NCBI GenBank assembly: GCA_965541615.1
Contig: CBEUCJ010000001.1
Span: forward strand, 67,754-131,753
Source of the DNA: an uncultured bacterium
GTDB lineage: Bacteria; Omnitrophota; Gorgyraeia; Duberdicusellales; CBEUCJ01
Length of the DNA: 64,000 nucleotides
Direction: 5' to 3'
This document shows positions 36,778 to 45,843 of this stretch, one piece after another (the stretch's first letter is position 1; every line of letters begins with the position of its first letter). Both the position numbers and the translations under genes were made by a program. Under the pieces are notes generated by a model. The model made no database searches. It was not told where the DNA came from and saw only the letters and a program-made list of their open reading frames with translations.

Positions 36778-37731
36778 ATGATTAAAGTAAAAGAAAAGGT
36801 AAATTTTAAAAATCCAATTTTTGTCGCCTGCTGGCCAGGTATGGGAGAGGTGGCTTTTAAAGCAGGTTTATTTTTAAGAGATGTATTAAATTTTAAGGAA
36901 TTTGCTTTCTTAGAAGGAAAAAATTTTTATTACCCTCAAAGTGTAATAGTAAAAGATGGCTTAATAGAACTTCCTCCAGAACCTGTAGGAGTTTTTTATT
37001 ATTACATAAAAGAAAACAAAGAGATTATTCTTTTTTTAGCTGAAGCTCAACCTCCTTTTGAAAAAGCTTATTTATATGCTTTAAATATCATTGAATTTGT
37101 AAAAAAATTGGGTTGTAAAAAAGTCTTCACTTTTGCAGCTATGCCTCAACCTATAGAACATACCCAAACTCCTAGCTGTTGGGTCTCAGCTACTTCTACA
37201 GAATTATTAGAGGAATTAGCTACAAAATTTGAAGTTAAAATTTTAAAAGAAGGGAGTATTAGTGGATTAAATGGACTGATTTTAGGGGTAGCCAAAGAAA
37301 AAGGATTAAAAGGAATCTGTCTATTAGGTGAAATTCCCTTTTATATGATACAGATAGAAAATCCTAAAGCTTCTAAAAGAGTATTAGAAATATTCTTAGA
37401 CTTAATAGGATTAAACGTAGATTTATCTCCTTTAGAAGAAAGAGCAAAACTTATAAATGAAGAAATAGATAAAATAATCGGTATGATAAAAGGAGAAAGT
37501 CCTCTTCAAAAACCTTTAGATGAAAAAGAAATAGAAAGGATTAAAAAAGAACTAAATGCCTCTACAAAACTCCCTGAATCAGCACGTAAAAGAATAGAAG
37601 AATTATTTAAAGAAGCTGAACACAATATCTCTAAAGCGTTTGAATTAAAAAAAGAACTCGACAAATGGAATGTATATTCTGAATATGAAGATAGATTCCT
37701 TGATCTCTTTAGAAAAAAGAAAGACCATTAA
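36778..37731 (+). CDS. PAC2 (proteasome assembly chaperone-like) family protein, archaeal type
   Basis: 317 aa. N-terminal NPIFVACWPGMGEVAFKAGLFLRDVL fits the PAC2/COG1938 pattern (P..v.GfPG.G.VG). The C-terminus is a charged coiled coil. Confidence 0.5.
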   Translation: MIKVKEKVNFKNPIFVACWPGMGEVAFKAGLFLRDVLNFKEFAFLEGKNFYYPQSVIVKDGLIELPPEPVGVFYYYIKENKEIILFLAEAQPPFEKAYLYALNIIEFVKKLGCKKVFTFAAMPQPIEHTQTPSCWVSATSTELLEELATKFEVKILKEGSISGLNGLILGVAKEKGLKGICLLGEIPFYMIQIENPKASKRVLEIFLDLIGLNVDLSPLEERAKLINEEIDKIIGMIKGESPLQKPLDEKEIERIKKELNASTKLPESARKRIEELFKEAEHNISKAFELKKELDKWNVYSEYEDRFLDLFRKKKDH

Positions 37732-38876
37732 TGCATCTATTAATCAGTGGCCTTCCTAAAGTTGGAAAGACTACTCTTGTAAAAGAACTCTTAAAAGAAT
37801 TTAAGAATTCATCTTGTGGATTTATTACTGAAGAACTTAAAAAAGACAGAAGAAGAATAGGATTTTTATTAAAAACTACAGATAAAAATGAATTCATCTT
37901 TGCTCAGAAAAATATGGATTCTGAATACAAATTAAAAGACTATGGAATAAATATAAAAGAATTTGAAGAGAAGGCTTTAAAGTTATTAACAAAAAAAGAT
38001 AAGAGATTCATAGTTATAGATGAAATTGGAAAAATGGAGTTGTTCAGTCAAAGATTTAAGAAAATTTTAGAAGAAATTCTTAACTCAGACAAAAGGATCT
38101 ATGGAACTATACACAGAGAAAACAAAGGTTTTCTAAAAGAAATCAAAGAAAGAAGAGATGTCTTGGTCTTAGAGTTAAAAAAAGAAAATTTTAAAGAAAC
38201 TTTAAAATTCTGTAGAGAATTTCTAAAAGCTTTTACTCCTGCTGAATGCAAAAAATTAGATAGAATCTGCAAAGAAAAGTTTAATATAAGTGAAGAAGTA
38301 TTAGCAGAATCTGCTGGATTATCTGTGAGTTTAGAGGTCTTAAAAATCTTTGAAAATATCAAAAAGGACATTTTTATCATAGCAGGAAAAGGAAATAATG
38401 GAGCTGATGGTTTAGTAGCTGCAAGATATCTTTCTATGAAAGTAAAAAATTTAAAAGTTTTTTTAATAAAAGAAAAAGACTACTCAGAGTTAAACAAAAA
38501 GAATCAAAGAATACTTAAAAATATAGGTATAAACTTAGAATACTTAGAAAATGAATCTGACTTTGATAAATTAAAGGAAGGAATCTATATAGACGGAATT
38601 TTTGGAATAGGTTTTAAAGGTAAAGTAGAAGGTTTCTATAAGGAATTGATAGAAAAAATAAATAAAGTCTCTATCTTTACAATAAGTATAGATACGCCCT
38701 CTGGCTTAGATTCTCAAACTGGATTTATAAACAAAACTTGCATAAGACCAGATTTAATTATAAGTTTTTTTGGCAAGAAAACAGGATTTTTAATCAACCA
38801 AGGGAAAGACCTTTGCAAAAAAATAATAGTTAAAGAGTTAGCTATAAGTACTAAAGAATTAGAAAGATTCTTATGA
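37731..38876 (+). CDS. fusion of a THEP1-like P-loop NTPase (N-term) and a YjeF_N NAD(P)H-hydrate epimerase domain (C-term)
   Basis: 381 aa. MHLLISGLPKVGKTTLVKEL (THEP1/MJ1559-like Walker A) and DEIGKMEL (Walker B). C-terminal IIAGKGNNGADGLVAARYL is the YjeF_N signature. No YjeF_C carbohydrate-kinase domain. Confidence 0.65.
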   Translation: MHLLISGLPKVGKTTLVKELLKEFKNSSCGFITEELKKDRRRIGFLLKTTDKNEFIFAQKNMDSEYKLKDYGINIKEFEEKALKLLTKKDKRFIVIDEIGKMELFSQRFKKILEEILNSDKRIYGTIHRENKGFLKEIKERRDVLVLELKKENFKETLKFCREFLKAFTPAECKKLDRICKEKFNISEEVLAESAGLSVSLEVLKIFENIKKDIFIIAGKGNNGADGLVAARYLSMKVKNLKVFLIKEKDYSELNKKNQRILKNIGINLEYLENESDFDKLKEGIYIDGIFGIGFKGKVEGFYKELIEKINKVSIFTISIDTPSGLDSQTGFINKTCIRPDLIISFFGKKTGFLINQGKDLCKKIIVKELAISTKELERFL

Positions 38877-39505
38877 AGATAGAACTCGTTATCAGAAAAA
38901 TAAAAGAGATGATAAAAGAAGAAAAACCTTTTTTAGACAAAGTAACATCCAAAAATGTTTTTAAAGTGTTAATTAGTTGTTTGCTCTCCTTAAGGACTAA
39001 AGATCAGATTACTAAAAAAGCTGTGCAAAGGTTTTTTAAAAGATTTAAGACTCTTAAAAGTATTGAAAAAGCCAGTATAAAAGAAATAGAAAAAGTAATC
39101 TTTCCTGTAGGCTTTTATAGAACAAAAGCTAAGAGAATAAAAGAACTAGTTTGTAGATTAATAAAAGAATATAAAGGAAAAGTTCCTGATAAAAAAGAAG
39201 AACTTTTGAAATTAAAAGGGGTAGGCAATAAATGTGCTAATTTAATTTTAAGCTTGGTATTCAAAAAACCTGAAATCTGTGTAGATACTCATGTGCACAG
39301 GATCTCTAACAGATTAGGTTGGGTAAAGACAAAAACTCCTCAACAAACAGAAAGAGAGTTAAAAAAAGTCCTACCTATAAAATTTTGGAGAGAAATTAAT
39401 TGGATTTTAGTAAGTTTTGGACAAAAAATCTGTAGACCTCTAAAACCTAAATGTGAAATCTGCAAAATAAGCAAAGAGTGTGAGTTTTTTAAAAGAAAAA
39501 GTTAA
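38873..39505 (+). CDS. nth: endonuclease III (HhH-GPD DNA glycosylase with [4Fe-4S] loop)
   Basis: 210 aa. LKGVGNKCANLIL (HhH-GPD), catalytic Asp in VDTHVHRI, C-terminal CRPLKPKCEICKISKEC (Cx6Cx2Cx5C). Confidence 0.85.
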   Translation: MKIELVIRKIKEMIKEEKPFLDKVTSKNVFKVLISCLLSLRTKDQITKKAVQRFFKRFKTLKSIEKASIKEIEKVIFPVGFYRTKAKRIKELVCRLIKEYKGKVPDKKEELLKLKGVGNKCANLILSLVFKKPEICVDTHVHRISNRLGWVKTKTPQQTERELKKVLPIKFWREINWILVSFGQKICRPLKPKCEICKISKECEFFKRKS

Positions 39506-39546
39506 GTAGAAATGATCTTACTCCCATAGACACTTAAATTATCCAC

Positions 39547-39590
39547 TTGACAACTAGTATACTCTAAAGTATACTACTTACGAGTATACT
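39547..39590 (+). promoter_or_regulatory. promoter (-35 TTGACA 39547-39552; 17-nt spacer; -10 TATACT 39570-39575) overlapped by three copies of the 8-bp palindrome AGTATACT (39556-39563, 39568-39575, 39583-39590)
   Basis: Read directly from the sequence. The three perfect palindromes sit in the spacer, over the -10, and at about +1 to +10. Confidence 0.6.
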
Positions 39591-39603
39591 ATTTAAGTTA
39601 AAT

Positions 39604-41019
39604 ATGAAGTTCATAAATCGAGAAAAAGAACTGCAATTTTTAGAAGAGAGATATTTATCTAAAAAACCCGAATTTATCATCATCTATGGCAAAAGAAGAG
39701 TAGGCAAAACTGAACTTATCAAACAGTTTATTAAGAAAAAACCTGCTATATATTTTCTTGCAGACAAAAGAAACCTCTTAGAACAATTAAAAGAATTAGG
39801 AAAAGTTATTGGAGGATATTTTAAAGATACAATTTTAGAAAGGAGAGGGTTTAATAATTTTTTAGAAGTATTTGAGTATCTGAAAGAAAAAGTAAAAAAC
39901 AGACTCATCTTTGTCATAGACGAATACCCTTATTTAGTTGAAGTAGAAAAATCTATTACTTCTATATTTCAAAAAGGGTGGGATGAATATTTAAAGAATA
40001 CCAAAATTTTTCTTATTCTTTGCGGCTCAAGTGTTTCTATGATGGAGGAAGAAACTCTTATTTATAAATCTCCTCTTTATGGAAGAAGAACAGGACAGAT
40101 TTTATTAAAACCACTTTCTTTTTATGAAAGTTGGAAGTTCTTTCCCAAGATAAATTTTGATAAGTTTTTAGAGATCTTTACTATTACAGGAGGAGTTCCT
40201 TGCTATCTTCTTCAGATTAACTCTGCTCTTTCTCTTGAAGAGAATATTAAGTTAAAGATTTTCCCTAAAACAGAATTTTTACATAACGAAGTTGAATTTA
40301 TTTTAAAAGAAGAATTAAGAGAACCTAAAAATTATCTTGCAATTTTGAAAGCTATTTCTTGGGGAAGAAAAAGATTTAGCGAAATAATAAACGAAACTGG
40401 CTTAGAAAAAAACATTCTTACAAAATATTTAGATGTTTTAAAAAATCTTCAACTGGTTGAAAAGGAAGTACCTGTTACAGAGAAGAATCCTGTAAAATCA
40501 AGAAAAGGACTTTATGAAATTTGTGACAATTTTTTTAGATTTTGGTTTCAATATATCTATCCTTATAAAAGTGATTTGGAGATAGAAAGATTCGATGAAG
40601 TTTTAAGGAAACTAAAAGAAAATTTTAAAATTTTAGAGGCTATAACTTATGAAAAAGTATCTCGTGAAATTCTCTGGAGATTGAGAGATAAAATATTTCC
40701 TTTTGAAAGAATAGGAAAGTGGTGGGAAAAAGGAGAGGAAATAGATATAGTAGGACTTAATCAAAAAACTAAAGAAATTATTTTTGGAGAAGCAAAGTGG
40801 TCAAATAAGCCTATAGATGTAGATGTGTATAAAAAACTAAGAATGAAAAGCAAATCTGTAAATTGGATGAGAAAAAACAGAAAAGAATATTATGTTCTTT
40901 TTAGTAAAAGTGGTTTTACTAAAAACATGATAAAATTAGCAAAAGAAGATGGAATATTTTTAGTCCATAAAGATAAATTGTTGTATAATCCTAAGAAAAG
41001 AAATGTTGGCTCTTTTTAA
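39604..41019 (+). CDS. Arch_ATPase/DUF234 family AAA ATPase
   Basis: 471 aa. MKFINREKELQFLEERYLSKKPEFIIIYGKRRVGKTELIKQF (Walker A), VIDEYPYL (Walker B), a C-terminal DUF234-like region with EIDIVGLN...GEAKWS. Confidence 0.7.
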   Translation: MKFINREKELQFLEERYLSKKPEFIIIYGKRRVGKTELIKQFIKKKPAIYFLADKRNLLEQLKELGKVIGGYFKDTILERRGFNNFLEVFEYLKEKVKNRLIFVIDEYPYLVEVEKSITSIFQKGWDEYLKNTKIFLILCGSSVSMMEEETLIYKSPLYGRRTGQILLKPLSFYESWKFFPKINFDKFLEIFTITGGVPCYLLQINSALSLEENIKLKIFPKTEFLHNEVEFILKEELREPKNYLAILKAISWGRKRFSEIINETGLEKNILTKYLDVLKNLQLVEKEVPVTEKNPVKSRKGLYEICDNFFRFWFQYIYPYKSDLEIERFDEVLRKLKENFKILEAITYEKVSREILWRLRDKIFPFERIGKWWEKGEEIDIVGLNQKTKEIIFGEAKWSNKPIDVDVYKKLRMKSKSVNWMRKNRKEYYVLFSKSGFTKNMIKLAKEDGIFLVHKDKLLYNPKKRNVGSF

Positions 41020-41062
41020 AAATAATTGAACGCTATGATAATCTTAAAAGGAGGTGAGATCT

Positions 41063-41719
41063 ATGAAAGTAAAATTCTTGGGACATGCTTGTTTTTTGAT
41101 CGAAACTCAAAATAAAAAAATATTAACAGATCCTTATGAACCTCAAAGTTATGGAGGAGCTGTAGCTTACACTCCAATAGAAGAATCTGTAGACATAGTA
41201 ACTGTAAGCCATTCTCATGCTGATCACAGTGGAACGAGTTCTTTAAAAGGTAATCCTATAATAAAAGATACTGAAAAAGAAGAAAATTTTGAAGGAATAA
41301 AAATAAAAGGGTTAAAAAGCTTTCATGATGAAAAAGGAGGTCTTTTGAGAGGTCAAAACATTATCTTTGTAATCGAATCAGAAGGTTTAAAAATAGCCCA
41401 TTTAGGAGACTTAGGAACCATTCCTTCTCAAGATATTTTAGATGAACTCAAAAATGTAGATATACTTTTGATCCCTGTAGGAGGAGTATTTACTATAGAC
41501 TACAAAAAAGCTACCCAATTAATAGACTTAATAAATCCCAAAATAGTCATCCCCATGCATTATAAAACAGAAAGATTAGGTTTTGATATTGACAGAGTAG
41601 ATAAATTTTTGGAAGGAAAAGAAAATGTTGTAAAAAAAGAAAATTCAGAAATAGAGATTAAAAAAGAAAATTTACCTTCTAAAACTCAAATAGTAGTCTT
41701 AAAACCTGCTAATGTATGA
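41063..41719 (+). CDS. MBL-fold metallo-hydrolase
   Basis: About 218 aa. VTVSHSHADHSG is the HxHxDH motif. Strong AAGGAGGTG RBS before the ATG at 41063 (the ORF-track start at 41054 is upstream of the RBS). Confidence 0.7.
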   Translation: MKVKFLGHACFLIETQNKKILTDPYEPQSYGGAVAYTPIEESVDIVTVSHSHADHSGTSSLKGNPIIKDTEKEENFEGIKIKGLKSFHDEKGGLLRGQNIIFVIESEGLKIAHLGDLGTIPSQDILDELKNVDILLIPVGGVFTIDYKKATQLIDLINPKIVIPMHYKTERLGFDIDRVDKFLEGKENVVKKENSEIEIKKENLPSKTQIVVLKPANV

Positions 41720-42422
41720 AGAAAGAACTTATAGAAAATATTCAGTACCCAAAGATCTGTTTAAAACACATTTAATCATTGAAGAATCTGATATTTTAGT
41801 CTTTACTTCTGAAAAAATAGAAAGTTCTGAAATAGAAAAAAAGGTAAAAAGTTTAAGAGAAGATATTAAAACTTACATTAAAAGAGATAGGAATTTTTTA
41901 ACTACCCTCTCAGCTTATGAACCAGAAAATTCTGCTCCCCAAATAATAAAAGAAATGTGTAAAGTAAGTAAAATTTTAGACGTTGGACCTATGGCGTGTG
42001 TGGCAGGTGCTATCAGTGAATTTTTAGGTAGAGAACTCCTTAAAAAAAGTAAAGAAGTTATAGTAGAAAATGGAGGTGATATCTTTTTAAAAATTACCAG
42101 ACAAAGAAATATAGGAATTTTCTACAATAAAAACGATCTTTTAAAAATAAAATTAACTACTCTTAATACTCCTTTAGGAATAGCTTCATCCTCAGGAAAA
42201 TTTGGACATTCTTTAAGCTTTGGAAACTGTGATTTAGTGTGCGTAATTAGTGAATCAGCTATTTTCAGTGACGGTGCAGCTACATTCTTAGGAAATCTCA
42301 TTAAAACTCAAAAAGACATTCTACCTGCTTTTAAAAAAATTAAAAAATACAAAGAAATAAAAGCAGTTCTTGTCATCTTTGAAGGAAAGATATTTGTTCA
42401 AGGAGACTTAGAATTTAGTTAA
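41712..42422 (+). CDS. UPF0280/ApbE-like family protein
   Basis: 236 aa. DVGPMACVAGAISEFLG resembles the conserved GPMAAVAGA motif of UPF0280/ApbE-like proteins. Assignment tentative. Confidence 0.35.
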   Translation: MYEERTYRKYSVPKDLFKTHLIIEESDILVFTSEKIESSEIEKKVKSLREDIKTYIKRDRNFLTTLSAYEPENSAPQIIKEMCKVSKILDVGPMACVAGAISEFLGRELLKKSKEVIVENGGDIFLKITRQRNIGIFYNKNDLLKIKLTTLNTPLGIASSSGKFGHSLSFGNCDLVCVISESAIFSDGAATFLGNLIKTQKDILPAFKKIKKYKEIKAVLVIFEGKIFVQGDLEFS

Positions 42423-42426
42423 CTTA

Positions 42427-43197
42427 TTAAAATTCTATAAAAGAAAAATCCTTTGGAAAAATAACGTTTCCTTTAAAATTTTTCTTTATTTCTTTCTTCA
42501 TCTTCTCTAAGTGTTTTTTTGAAGAAACGAGAAAATGTATAGGGACCAAATTTTTAACACCACATTCTTTTGCTAAAATTCCCAATTGTAAAGATGAAGT
42601 ATGCATTGAAAATAGATTTCTGTATCTTAAAAAATATGTATGAGGAGCTGTACAATCACATATTAGAAAGTCTGAACCTTTAGCTATTCTTGTTAACTCT
42701 TTAAAAAACCTAGTATCAGAAGTAAAAATTATTTTCTTTTCATTTTTTATAATCTTTATTCCAAAAGAATTAGAAATATGTTTTGTTTTGAAATAGAAAA
42801 TTTTCAAATTTTTATATGAATAAAAAGGCTCTGTTTTATCTACAGCAACAAATCTTATGTGAGGGTAAGGTTTTTTATTAAAAACTTTAAAAAGTTTTAA
42901 ATATTTTTTTATAAAATTTATAGATAGAGAATGCGTGTAAATATTTAAAAAATCATTAAAGTAACCTTGTGAATGTACCAAACTTACTAATCCATAAATA
43001 TGATCTGGATGAGTATGGGTAATGATTACATCTTTTAAATTATAAAATTTTATATTCAAAGTTTGTAATTTCTTGAGTGGACTTCCTCCTATATCTACAA
43101 GTATAGGTCTTTTACTATAAAGAATGAGAAGACTTGTGTTATCTCTTTCTTTTGTACTTACTGATGCTGAAGTTCCTAAAAAATAGATTTTAGCCAT
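42427..43197 (-). CDS. MBL-fold metallo-hydrolase (RNase Z/ElaC-like short form)
   Basis: 256 aa. IITHTHPDHIYGL is the HxHxDH motif. Divergent from dnaA. Confidence 0.6.
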   Translation of the reverse strand: MAKIYFLGTSASVSTKERDNTSLLILYSKRPILVDIGGSPLKKLQTLNIKFYNLKDVIITHTHPDHIYGLVSLVHSQGYFNDFLNIYTHSLSINFIKKYLKLFKVFNKKPYPHIRFVAVDKTEPFYSYKNLKIFYFKTKHISNSFGIKIIKNEKKIIFTSDTRFFKELTRIAKGSDFLICDCTAPHTYFLRYRNLFSMHTSSLQLGILAKECGVKNLVPIHFLVSSKKHLEKMKKEIKKNFKGNVIFPKDFSFIEF

Positions 43198-43301
43198 GAA
43201 ATTTTATAAATTATACAAGAAAATATTTTTCTTGAAAGTAGGAAATAACACTTTATAATATCCTTATTCTGAAAATTGCAACTATTATTCCTTATGAATC
43301 C

Positions 43302-43331
43302 TGTGGAAAAATTGTGGAAATTGTGAAAAAA
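43302..43331 (+). promoter_or_regulatory. three tandem DnaA-box-like 9-mers (TGTGGAAAA, TGTGGAAAT, TGTGAAAAA = complements of TTTTCCACA/ATTTCCACA/TTTTTCACA) directly upstream of dnaA
   Basis: Each is 1-2 mismatches from the TTATCCACA consensus (reverse orientation), spaced 11 bp apart. They end 6 bp before the dnaA ATG. Confidence 0.5.
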
Positions 43332-43337
43332 TAGATT

Positions 43338-44666
43338 ATGGATGTTTTAAAAATTTGGCAAGAAGCTAAAGAAAAAATAAAATCTAGGATTGGAGATACT
43401 TCTTTTGAAACATGGATATCTTCCACACAGGTAAAGGAAGACAAAAACTGTTTAATTTTAGAAGTACCTGATAAATTCTTTAAAGATTGGTTAGAGACCC
43501 ATTATTTAGAAATAATAAAAGAATGCCTTTTGTTATGTGGATATAAAGGAGAAATAAAATTAAAAATAAATCCTTATCTTTTGAAACCCTCTACAAAATC
43601 TAAATTTTCTCAGCTAGAATTTCAATTTCAAGAGACTCAAGATTTTTCACATCTAAATCCTCGTTATACATTTGAAAACTTTGTAGTTGGAAATTCTAAC
43701 AAATTTGCACATGCAGCCTGTTTAGCTGTAGCTAACTCTCCTGGAAAAACTTACAATCCTTTGTTTATATATGGAGGCGTAGGTTTAGGTAAAACCCATC
43801 TTTTGCAAGCTATAGCTCATAGAGTTAAAGGAAAATTTTCTGAAGCTAAAGTTTTATATATTTCAGCAGAAGATTTTACAAATCAATTGATAAAGTCTAT
43901 CCAAACTCATTCTACAGAAAGATTTAGGAATAAATTTAGAAATCTTAACGTATTATTAATCGATGATATCCACTTTTTAGGAGGTAAAGAATCTACCCAA
44001 GAAGAGTTTTTTCACACCTTCAATGTACTTTATGATAACCATAAACAAATAGTCATTTCTTCAGACCGTCCACCAAAAGAACTACCTAGGATGGAAGAGA
44101 GATTAGTATCTAGATTTAATTGGGGATTAGTTGTGGATATTCAACCTCCAGATTTTGAGACAAGATTAGCTATATTAAAAAAGAAAATAGAAAATGAACC
44201 TATAAAAGTCCCTACTGAAGTCTTAGAATTTATTGCAGAAAAGGTTACTTCTAACATAAGAGAATTAGAAGGTGCTTTGGTAAGAGTTTTTGCTTATTCT
44301 TTAATAGAAAATAAACCTATAACTTTAGAGTTAGCTAAAGAAGTGTTAAAAGACATGTTAAAAGAAGCTAAATTAAATATTAGTGTAGATAAAGTTAAAA
44401 GAAAAGTAGCTGAATATTTCAATATTTCTTTTGAAGATTTGAAATCTAAAAAAAGAAGTAAAACTATTATTTTTCCAAGACAAATAGCTATATATCTGGT
44501 TAGAAAATTAACTGATTTTTCTTTACCAGAAATTGCTAGGTTTTTTGGTAAAAAAGATCACACAACTATTTTACATTCTATCAACAAGATAGAAGAGTTA
44601 GTAAAAAAGGATTTAAAGGTTAAAAATATAGTTTTAGAAATAGAAAATGAAATTAGAAGAAACTAA
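43338..44666 (+). CDS. dnaA: chromosomal replication initiator DnaA
   Basis: 442 aa. GGVGLGKTHLLQAIAH (Walker A), LLIDDIHFL (Walker B), C-terminal DNA-binding domain KTIIFPRQIAIYLVRKLTDFSLPEIARFFGKKDHTTILHS. Confidence 0.95.
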   Translation: MDVLKIWQEAKEKIKSRIGDTSFETWISSTQVKEDKNCLILEVPDKFFKDWLETHYLEIIKECLLLCGYKGEIKLKINPYLLKPSTKSKFSQLEFQFQETQDFSHLNPRYTFENFVVGNSNKFAHAACLAVANSPGKTYNPLFIYGGVGLGKTHLLQAIAHRVKGKFSEAKVLYISAEDFTNQLIKSIQTHSTERFRNKFRNLNVLLIDDIHFLGGKESTQEEFFHTFNVLYDNHKQIVISSDRPPKELPRMEERLVSRFNWGLVVDIQPPDFETRLAILKKKIENEPIKVPTEVLEFIAEKVTSNIRELEGALVRVFAYSLIENKPITLELAKEVLKDMLKEAKLNISVDKVKRKVAEYFNISFEDLKSKKRSKTIIFPRQIAIYLVRKLTDFSLPEIARFFGKKDHTTILHSINKIEELVKKDLKVKNIVLEIENEIRRN

Positions 44667-44745
44667 TCCACATTTTTCACAATATTTTCTATCCCCTACT
44701 ATCTTAATTACAGAGTATAAGTGTAGAAGAAAATAGGAGGTAAAA

Positions 44746-45843
44746 ATGAGTGGAAATGTGGAAATTAAAAAGAATGAGTTTTTAAAAGCATTGCAAAAGT
44801 CATCTAAAATAATAACTGCAAAACCACCTTTACCTGTATTGAGTAATGTATTATTAGATTTTAAAGAAGATACAATGAGGATTTTAACTACTGATTTAGA
44901 AAAATCTATTTCTGTTAGGATTAATTCTTCTGTTAAAAAAGAAGGAAGAGTTTGTTTTCCTGCTAAAAGATTACTCAGCTTTGTTAGAGAAATGCCAGGT
45001 GAAGAGATTTTGTTAGAGATAGATGGAGATTTTCAAGGAATTTTAAGAAGTCAAAATTGTGAATTTAAGATTTTAGGTCAAAATCCAGATGAGTTTCCTG
45101 AGTTTCCTGAAATAAAAGAAGCTTTAACATTTGAGTTAGATACTCACAGTTTAGAAAAAGCAATAAAATTAGTCTCTTATGCAGTTTCTAGTGAAGAGAG
45201 TAAATATGTATTAAATGGTATTTTATTTGAATTTGAGGATTCAGAGTTAAAATTGATAGCTACTGATGGGAGGAGATTAGCTTTATCTAAGATTCCTTTA
45301 AAAACAGAAATAACTGAAAAAATTTCTTTTATAGCTCCTTCTGAGACAGTAGATGTTTTAGAAGATTTTATAAGTGAGAAGATAAATATAAAAATATGTT
45401 TTTCTGAAAATAAAATTTTATTTGATTTAGATAATATTCAAATAATCTCTAGGAGTTTAGAAGGAGAATTTCCAGATTATAAACAAGTAATACCTGATCC
45501 TTGGCCTTCAAGACTTAAGATAAACAGGGATATTTTTTTGGCTTCTTTAAAAAGAGCTAATTTGTTAACTACTTTAGATTATCAAGCTGTACAGTTAGAT
45601 ATAAAAGAAGACAGATTAATAGTTAAGAAACAGACACCAGAAATAGGTGAGATGCAGGAATCTTTAGAAGCTAAATTTTCAGGTAAACCTCTAAGTATTA
45701 GTTTTAATCCAGTTTATTTAATAGAGCCATTAAAGAATTTAAAAGACTCTGAACTTGAAATTGAAATTAGAGATTCTGAAAAACCAGCAGTTATTAGAAA
45801 AGAAGATTTTCTTTATATAGTGTTGCCTATTAGGATGGTATGA
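44746..45843 (+). CDS. dnaN: DNA polymerase III beta sliding clamp
   Basis: 365 aa, three-domain clamp pattern. LIATDGRRLA and ISFNPVYLIEPLK motifs. Position after dnaA. Confidence 0.9.
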   Translation: MSGNVEIKKNEFLKALQKSSKIITAKPPLPVLSNVLLDFKEDTMRILTTDLEKSISVRINSSVKKEGRVCFPAKRLLSFVREMPGEEILLEIDGDFQGILRSQNCEFKILGQNPDEFPEFPEIKEALTFELDTHSLEKAIKLVSYAVSSEESKYVLNGILFEFEDSELKLIATDGRRLALSKIPLKTEITEKISFIAPSETVDVLEDFISEKINIKICFSENKILFDLDNIQIISRSLEGEFPDYKQVIPDPWPSRLKINRDIFLASLKRANLLTTLDYQAVQLDIKEDRLIVKKQTPEIGEMQESLEAKFSGKPLSISFNPVYLIEPLKNLKDSELEIEIRDSEKPAVIRKEDFLYIVLPIRMV

